Assembly: GCF_032116555.1 (NCBI RefSeq)
Contig: NZ_CP134949.1
Span: 1,860,001-1,924,000, forward strand
Length of the DNA: 64,000 bases
Source: Halorarum halobium
Lineage (GTDB): Archaea; Halobacteriota; Halobacteria; Halobacteriales; Haloferacaceae
Direction of reading: 5' to 3'
Shown: piece by piece, positions 58,158-64,000 of the stretch
Position numbering within the stretch: the stretch's first letter is position 1
Layout: each line of letters starts with the position of its first letter
Notes under the pieces: generated by a model
Database searches by the model: none
What the model saw: the letters and a program-made list of their open reading frames with translations, nothing else
Told to the model about the DNA's origin: nothing
Program-made: the position numbers and the translations under genes

Positions 58158-58926
58158 CGTGGGTCACCGCCCGGCTCAGTCCGCATGCGTTCTCCGGGCC
58201 GGCGGCCCCGGGGTCGTCGACGGGCGGTGAGAGCACCTTCGCGTCGGCGCGCGCCCGGGCTGGCTCGTCCGAGTCGACCGAGACGAAGCGGTCGCGCCGG
58301 AGGTCGTAGGCGGTCAGCTCCCCGCCGTAGACGCAGCCGGTGTCGAGCCCCACGGCGTGCTCGCGGACGACGGGTCGATCCAGGACGGTGTGACCGAAGA
58401 AGACGCGCCGGGGGCCCTCGTACCGTTCCCACCAGTAGGGGCGGTCGCCGTAGCTCCCGTCCGGGACGAGCGAGCGGGTCGTCTGGAGAGTCTCGACGGC
58501 GTGCTCGGCGAGCGTGATCCGGGGGTCGACGCCGCCGTGAACGACGAGGCCGGCCCGGACCTCCCCGGTCGCTTCCCACGAGATCGCGACCGGGAGGGAG
58601 GCGAGCCAGTCGAGGTCGTCGTCCGCGAGGTCCGGGAGCGATTCCTCGCCCCGCACCAGCTTCTCCTCGTTGTTGCCCCGGACCGACAGCACGTTGTCGG
58701 CCGCGCGGACCCGATCGACCACGCCTTCGCTGTCGGGACCCTTGCGGACGAGGTCGCCGACGACGATGACGAGGTCGTCGTCGGTGACACCCAACTCGGC
58801 GAGCAGCCGGTCGAACGCCCCGGGACAGCCGTGGACGTCGCCGACGACGTACACGCCGGCCCAGTCGTCGAGCGCCACGCGGCGATGCGGCGGGTCGAGT
58901 TCGGACCCCGGCGTCGGCGCTGTCAT
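58144..58926 (-). CDS. Calcineurin-like metallophosphoesterase (ApaH/PrpE-like)
   Basis: GDVHGC, GDLVRKGPDS, RGNNE, VHGG, FGHT, GLDTGCVYGG. Confidence 0.9.
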   Translation of the reverse strand: MTAPTPGSELDPPHRRVALDDWAGVYVVGDVHGCPGAFDRLLAELGVTDDDLVIVVGDLVRKGPDSEGVVDRVRAADNVLSVRGNNEEKLVRGEESLPDLADDDLDWLASLPVAISWEATGEVRAGLVVHGGVDPRITLAEHAVETLQTTRSLVPDGSYGDRPYWWERYEGPRRVFFGHTVLDRPVVREHAVGLDTGCVYGGELTAYDLRRDRFVSVDSDEPARARADAKVLSPPVDDPGAAGPENACGLSRAVTHDDGR

Positions 58927-59079
58927 CGGAGGGAGCAAGACCCTACCGCCGGAAAAGGGGTGCTATGGGGACTATTGTGTGATCGATTGACATGGCTTCG
59001 GGGCTATGACCCGAGCGGTTCCCCCGACGGGCGGGCCACGAGCGCAACCCCTTTGCCGAGGTCGGCCGAACGCGCCGAC

Positions 59080-59973
59080 ATGAGCGCGCTGGCCGACGAC
59101 GAACTCGAGAAGTACCGCGAGGCGGGCGAGATACTCACGACGGTGATGACCGAAACGAGGGAGCTGGTCGAACCCGGCGCGACCCACCTCGAGGTGGCCG
59201 AGTACGCGGAAGAGCGCATCCGGGAGGAGGGCGCGGGCATCGCCTTCCCGGTCAACATCTCCGTGAACGAGGAGGCCAGCCACGCGACGCCGAGCCGCGA
59301 CGACGGGACGGAGTTCGGCGAGGACGTCGTCTGTCTCGACGTCGGCGTCCACGTCGACGGTTACATCGCCGATTCGGCGGTGACGGTGGACCTCGCGGGC
59401 GAGGTCGAGTTGGTCGAGGCCGCCGAGGAGGCGCTCGCGGCCGCAGTCGAGGCCGCCGGGCCGGGCGTTCCGGTCGGCGAGATCGGCGAGGAGATCGAAT
59501 CCGTGATCGACGCGTACGGCTACACGCCGGTCTACAACCTGTCCGGCCACGGCGTCCAGCGGTTCGACGCACACACCGGCCCGAACGTTCCGAACCGGGG
59601 CGTCGACCGCTCCGTGGAACTCGAACCCGGACAGGTCGTCGCCATCGAGCCGTTCGCCACGGACGGCCGCGGGAAGGTCGGCGAGGGCAACGAGGAGGAA
59701 ATCTTCGAGCTGACGAACGACCGGTCCGTGCGGAACCGCGCCGCGCGGCAGACGCTGGAGGAGGTCCGCGAGTTCGACGGCCTCCCCTTCGCCGCGCGCT
59801 GGCTGGAGTCCTCGCGCTCGGAGATGGCGCTTCGCCGCCTGAAGACGAACGGCGTCGTGAAGGGGTACCCGGTGCTGAAAGAGGAGGACGGAAAGCTCGT
59901 CAGCCAGGCCGAACACACCCTCGTCGTCACCGAGGACGGCATCGAGGTCACGACCGCTGGGCTGTTCGAGTAG
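59080..59973 (+). CDS. map: Methionine aminopeptidase type II
   Basis: AFPVNIS, ASHATP, DVGVHVDGYIAD, NLSGH, AIEPF, SQAEHT. Confidence 0.95.
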   Translation: MSALADDELEKYREAGEILTTVMTETRELVEPGATHLEVAEYAEERIREEGAGIAFPVNISVNEEASHATPSRDDGTEFGEDVVCLDVGVHVDGYIADSAVTVDLAGEVELVEAAEEALAAAVEAAGPGVPVGEIGEEIESVIDAYGYTPVYNLSGHGVQRFDAHTGPNVPNRGVDRSVELEPGQVVAIEPFATDGRGKVGEGNEEEIFELTNDRSVRNRAARQTLEEVREFDGLPFAARWLESSRSEMALRRLKTNGVVKGYPVLKEEDGKLVSQAEHTLVVTEDGIEVTTAGLFE

Positions 59974-60086
59974 CCCGGCCGTTCGACCGATACCCGGATC
60001 CCTCGATCCGACCCGAGGTGGCGGAAAACGGGTACCTCGTCACCGGAGCGCGGGGGTTGAAGACCCGCGCTCCCCTCGCCGGTCGT

Positions 60087-60632
60087 ATGGATCAGGTGTT
60101 CGCCCCCTGGCGCATCGACTGGGTCGAACGCGAGGACCGCGACGGCGGCATCGACGGCTGCCCGTTCTGCGTGCTGCCCGAGCGGGACGCGGACCGGGAG
60201 TCGCGCATCGTCGCCCGCTCGTCCCGGTCGTTCGTCATCCTCAACAACTACCCGTACAACCCCGGCCACGCGATGGTCATCCCGTACGACCACGAGGGCG
60301 ACTACGCCGGACTCGGCGAGGCCGACCTGCTCGATCACGCCTGCATGAAACAGCGGACGTTCGAGGCGCTCCGCGTCGCGCTCGGTCCGGACGGCTTCAA
60401 CGCCGGGATGAACCACGGCGGCGCGGCCGCGGGCGGGTCCATCGACGACCACGTCCACACCCACGTCGTCCCGCGCTGGGGCGGCGACACGAACTTCATG
60501 CCGGTCGTCTCGGACACGAAGGTGATCGTCGAGGCGCTCGATGACACCTGGGAGCGCGTGCACGACGCCTTCGCGGAACTCGAGGGGGCGACCGTCGAGG
60601 GCGAGGACGACGCGGTTCGCTTCGCCGACTGA
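60087..60632 (+). CDS. HIT family nucleotide hydrolase
   Basis: APWR, CPFC, NNYPYNPGH, HVHTHVVPRW. Confidence 0.93.
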   Translation: MDQVFAPWRIDWVEREDRDGGIDGCPFCVLPERDADRESRIVARSSRSFVILNNYPYNPGHAMVIPYDHEGDYAGLGEADLLDHACMKQRTFEALRVALGPDGFNAGMNHGGAAAGGSIDDHVHTHVVPRWGGDTNFMPVVSDTKVIVEALDDTWERVHDAFAELEGATVEGEDDAVRFAD

Positions 60633-60721
60633 GCCCGGCACGCCCGTCTCGGACGCCGAGCCGCTGGGATCCGGGGCCGGGGAGCCCAACGATTTTACCG
60701 TCCGACGAGAAAGCCCCGCCC

Positions 60722-61654
60722 ATGAGCACTCCCGCCGAGGACGCCCCCGATGCCGTCGAGGAGGCCGGCCTCACCCCCGCCGAGGCGTTCGCCCTGCTCG
60801 GAAACGAGACGCGCATCGACATCCTCCAGGCGCTCCACGAGGCGACGGTCGAATCCGGCCACGAGGCCGTCCCGTTCTCGGAACTGTACGAGCGCATCGA
60901 CCTCGAGGACAGCGCCCACTTCAACTACCACCTGAAGCAACTGCTCGAACACTTCGTCCGCAAGACCGACGACGGCTACGCGTTCCGGACGGCGGGCTGG
61001 AAGGTGGTCCGCTCCGTCTTCGCCGGGACGTTCACTGGTCGGGCCGAGGTCGGGCCGTTCGACGCGCCGGGCGACTGCTACGCCTGCGGCGGCGACCTCT
61101 CGGCGAGGTACGGCAACGAGGTGCTGACCATCACCTGCGACGACTGCGGCCGGACGGCGGTCGACTACCCGTTCCCGCCGGGCGGCCTCGACGACCGCAC
61201 GGCCGAGGAGTTCCTCGACGCCTTCCACCACCACGTTCGTCACCACTACTGTCTGGCCGCCGACGGCGTCTGCCCCGAGTGCATGGGTCGGATGGAGACG
61301 ACGCTCGACGCCGAGACGAACGTGCCGGGCCGCGAGCTCGAAGTCCACCACGTCTGCGAGCGCTGTGACAACCGGCTCAACTCCGCGGTCGGCCTGAACC
61401 TGCTGGATACCGCGCCGGTGTTGAACTTCTTCTCCGAGCGCGGCCACGACCTGACGACCGAGCCGTTCTGGACGTTCGACTGGTGTGTGAGCGACGCCCG
61501 CACGACGGTGCTCGCCGAGGACCCGCTCCGCATCCGGCTGGACCTGCCGGCCGACTGTGACACGCTCTCGGTGACGCTCGACGGGACGCTCTCGGTGCTG
61601 GACGTCTGCAAGCAGGAAGCGGGGGCGGACGTGGAAGCGGAGGCCGGCACCTGA
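60722..61654 (+). CDS. ArsR-like winged-HTH protein with multiple zinc ribbons
   Basis: AFALLGNETRIDIL, FSEL, FNYHLKQL; CYAC, CDDC, CPEC, CERC. Confidence 0.85.
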   Translation: MSTPAEDAPDAVEEAGLTPAEAFALLGNETRIDILQALHEATVESGHEAVPFSELYERIDLEDSAHFNYHLKQLLEHFVRKTDDGYAFRTAGWKVVRSVFAGTFTGRAEVGPFDAPGDCYACGGDLSARYGNEVLTITCDDCGRTAVDYPFPPGGLDDRTAEEFLDAFHHHVRHHYCLAADGVCPECMGRMETTLDAETNVPGRELEVHHVCERCDNRLNSAVGLNLLDTAPVLNFFSERGHDLTTEPFWTFDWCVSDARTTVLAEDPLRIRLDLPADCDTLSVTLDGTLSVLDVCKQEAGADVEAEAGT

Positions 61655-61673
61655 CGGGACGGGGCTCCGACAC

Positions 61674-63260
61674 CTACCGGCCGTCGTACACCAGTTCCCC
61701 GCCGACCGCCGTGAACGCGACGTCGATGTCCTCGATCCCGTCCTCGTTCTCCCAGGGCGACGAGCCGAGCGCGACGAAGTCGGCCCGCTTTCCGGGTTCC
61801 AGCGTTCCCAGCCGGTGCTCGTCGAAGCCGGCGTAGGCGGCCCCGCTCGTGTAGGCCCGGAGCGCGTCAGTGACGCCGACCGCCTGCCCGTCGCTCGGCG
61901 CGTTGACCGCCTGGTGGACGCCGAGCAGCGGGTCGAGCGGCATGCAGTCCGAGCCGAAGGCGAGCGGCGCGCCCGCGTCGAGATACGCCGGAAGCCGGTT
62001 CGCGTCGGTCCGCCGGTCGCCGAGTCTGGCGTCGTACAGCCCTCCCTCGTGGCCCCACTTGTGGAAGTTCGGCTGCATCGACGCGACGACGCCGAGGTCG
62101 GCGAACCGCCGGACGGCATCCTCGCCGGCGAGTTCACAGTGCTCGACGCGGTGGCGCATTCCGCCGGGGTCCTCGGTCTCGGCGTAGGCGTCGAGCGCGA
62201 GGTCGACCGCCTCGTCGCCGATGGCGTGCAGCGTCACCTGGAAGCCGGCGTCGTCGGCGCGGGAGACCAGGTCGTGGACCTCCTCCGGCGGGACGACCCA
62301 CTGGCCCGTCTCCCCCTCGTCGGTGCCGTCCGCGGCGTCGGTGCCGTCCGCGGCGTCGGCATAGGGCGAGGAGAGCTTCGCCGTCCGTCCGCCGAGGCTG
62401 CCGTCGGTGAACGACTTCACCGCCCCCACCCGTACCATCTCGCTCCCGTGGTTCGTGCGCAGGCCGAGATCGATCAGTTCCGCAAGGTGGTCCGACCAGT
62501 AGTTGAGTCGCACCCGGAGCGTGAGCTCGCCCGCGAGGTCCAGTTCCCGGTACACTTCCGGTGCCTTCGACTGCCGGACCATGTCGTGGACCATCGTCAC
62601 CCCGCGCGCGTTCGCCTCGCGCTGGGCGGCCTCGGCGAGTTCCCGCGCCTCGGCCGCGTCCGGCTCGATCGCGTCGTACACCGGATCGACGGCCGTCTCG
62701 ACGAGCACGCCGGTCGGCTCGCCGCCGTCGGTCGCGTTCCCCGTGTCGGTCCGGACGTCCTCGTCGGGCATGGCGTCGCGGTAGCGGTCGAGCACGACCC
62801 GATTCACCGAGGCGACGTGCATGTCCTCGCGGAACGCGGCGACCGGTGCGGTCTCCGAGACGGCGGCGAGGTCCGCCGCGGTCAGGTAGCGCGACTCGGC
62901 CCAGGTCGACTCGTCGTAGCCGAACCCCAGCACCCACTCGCCGTCCTCGACCGCGGCGGCGCGCTCGCGGAGCAGCGAGACGGCCTCGTCGGGTCCATCG
63001 GCGGCCGAGAGGTCGGCGTGGACCAGCGACCGGCCGACCGCGAGCAGGTGGGTGTGGGCGTCGATGAACCCGGGAAGGACGACGCGGCCGCCGGCGTCGA
63101 CGACGTCGGTGTCCGCGCCGGCCAGGAACTCCACGTCGTAGGCCGCGCCGGTGCGGACCACGTCGCCGTCGCGCACCGCGACCGCCTCGACCGTCTCGTC
63201 GGGGTCGGCGAGCGTGTGGACCTCGGCGTTCGTGACGACCAGGTCGGCGGCTTCGGTCAT
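61674..63260 (-). CDS. Amidohydrolase (YtcJ-like)
   Basis: PGFIDAHTH, KSFTDGSLG, HAIGD, HRVEH, FGSD, GTLEPGKRADF. Confidence 0.92.
   Translation of the reverse strand: MTEAADLVVTNAEVHTLADPDETVEAVAVRDGDVVRTGAAYDVEFLAGADTDVVDAGGRVVLPGFIDAHTHLLAVGRSLVHADLSAADGPDEAVSLLRERAAAVEDGEWVLGFGYDESTWAESRYLTAADLAAVSETAPVAAFREDMHVASVNRVVLDRYRDAMPDEDVRTDTGNATDGGEPTGVLVETAVDPVYDAIEPDAAEARELAEAAQREANARGVTMVHDMVRQSKAPEVYRELDLAGELTLRVRLNYWSDHLAELIDLGLRTNHGSEMVRVGAVKSFTDGSLGGRTAKLSSPYADAADGTDAADGTDEGETGQWVVPPEEVHDLVSRADDAGFQVTLHAIGDEAVDLALDAYAETEDPGGMRHRVEHCELAGEDAVRRFADLGVVASMQPNFHKWGHEGGLYDARLGDRRTDANRLPAYLDAGAPLAFGSDCMPLDPLLGVHQAVNAPSDGQAVGVTDALRAYTSGAAYAGFDEHRLGTLEPGKRADFVALGSSPWENEDGIEDIDVAFTAVGGELVYDGR
62318..62359. 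repeat. In-frame 18-nt tandem duplication (DAADGT x2)
   Basis: CGTCGGTGCCGTCCGCGG twice plus a partial copy. Confidence 0.8.
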
Positions 63261-63421
63261 GCGTTCGACGGGGTGTGGGAGGGGGAAAACGGTTCGGGAA
63301 GCCGAACGAGGTCGGGGGCGACGCCGGGAACGAACCGAACCCCGGGAGGCGGCGAACGGTCGGTGAAATCGACGCTACCGTTTCGCCAAGGTACTTGCCG
63401 GCCCCTCCGGAACGCCCCACC

Positions 63422-63900
63422 ATGGTCCCCGAACGCACGACGCGACGAGCGGCGCTCGCGCTCGCCGGCGGTGGAAGACCGAGTGGCCCGGCAACGCCGT
63501 CGTCCGGCCGCCGGTCGCCGACGGGGTCGCGTACGTCGCGGGACTCACCGGCCACGTCGCCGCCTTCGACCTCGCGGACGGCGGCGAGCGGCTGTGGCAC
63601 GAACGCCTCACACCGGAACGGTACGCGCAGGGGACCGTAGCCACCGTGACCGAGCGGGCCGTCCACGTCCTCCGCGTCGACGCCGACGCCCGCGAGGTCC
63701 GGGCCGTCGCGCTCGACCGGGCGGACGGGGCGATACTGTGGGATCTCCAAACGGCCGGCACGCGTGCACGCGGCGTCGTCCCCGCCGGGGGAACGTACCT
63801 GTTCACGTCTGAGTCAACGCCCGAGGAGCAGCGCCGGGAGTCGACGCTGGGTGCGGGACAGGACACGACCGCGACGCTGTGGGCGTACGAACCCCGGTGA
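63422..63900 (+). pseudogene. Remnant of a Tat-exported PQQ-like beta-propeller protein
   Basis: MVPERTTRRAALALAG in one frame; from about 63469, RWKTEWPG...PPVADGVAYV...VAAFDLADGGERLW...ALDRADGAILW in another frame. Confidence 0.65.
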
Positions 63901-64000
63901 CGCCCGACCCGGACGCCGATCGCCCGGGATCCGTCCGGAACGGACCGTCCGAACCGACACGACTTAGCGGACGCCACCACCAGGTCGACCCATGACCGAC

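Noticed and set aside
63992..64000. ATGACCGAC, probable start of the next gene
   Set aside because: Three codons are too few to identify.

Overview
GC-rich chromosomal DNA from a halophilic archaeon (class Halobacteria). The assignment rests on acidic proteins, SAMP1, CetZ, archaeal RFC and TiaS, and TATA boxes about 25-30 nt upstream of start codons. About 50 genuine genes are present, and most other ORFs in the track are GC-rich shadow ORFs. The left end holds an eight-gene type IV pilus-like cluster (PilB ATPase, PilC, pilin-like and large exported proteins) transcribed divergently from cetZ2. Three of its start codons share an identically spaced promoter signature. The rest is mostly core metabolism: ctaA, a polar amino acid ABC transporter, rfc large subunit, hmgB, tiaS, a thrC-like gene, maeB, a dpp-type ABC transporter, asparaginase, tRNA-Val(GAC), samp1, a K+ channel with two RCK_C membrane proteins, udp, ppk1, map and HIT. 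The most notable observations are the cetZ2-pilus module and its promoter motif, an apparently circularly permuted peptide-binding protein, two structured intergenic elements sharing one motif, a split RCK_N/RCK_C potassium locus next to samp1, and two decayed genes missed by the ORF track. No transposase, integrase, CRISPR array or rRNA was seen. Family names come from motif recognition and recall, not database searches.
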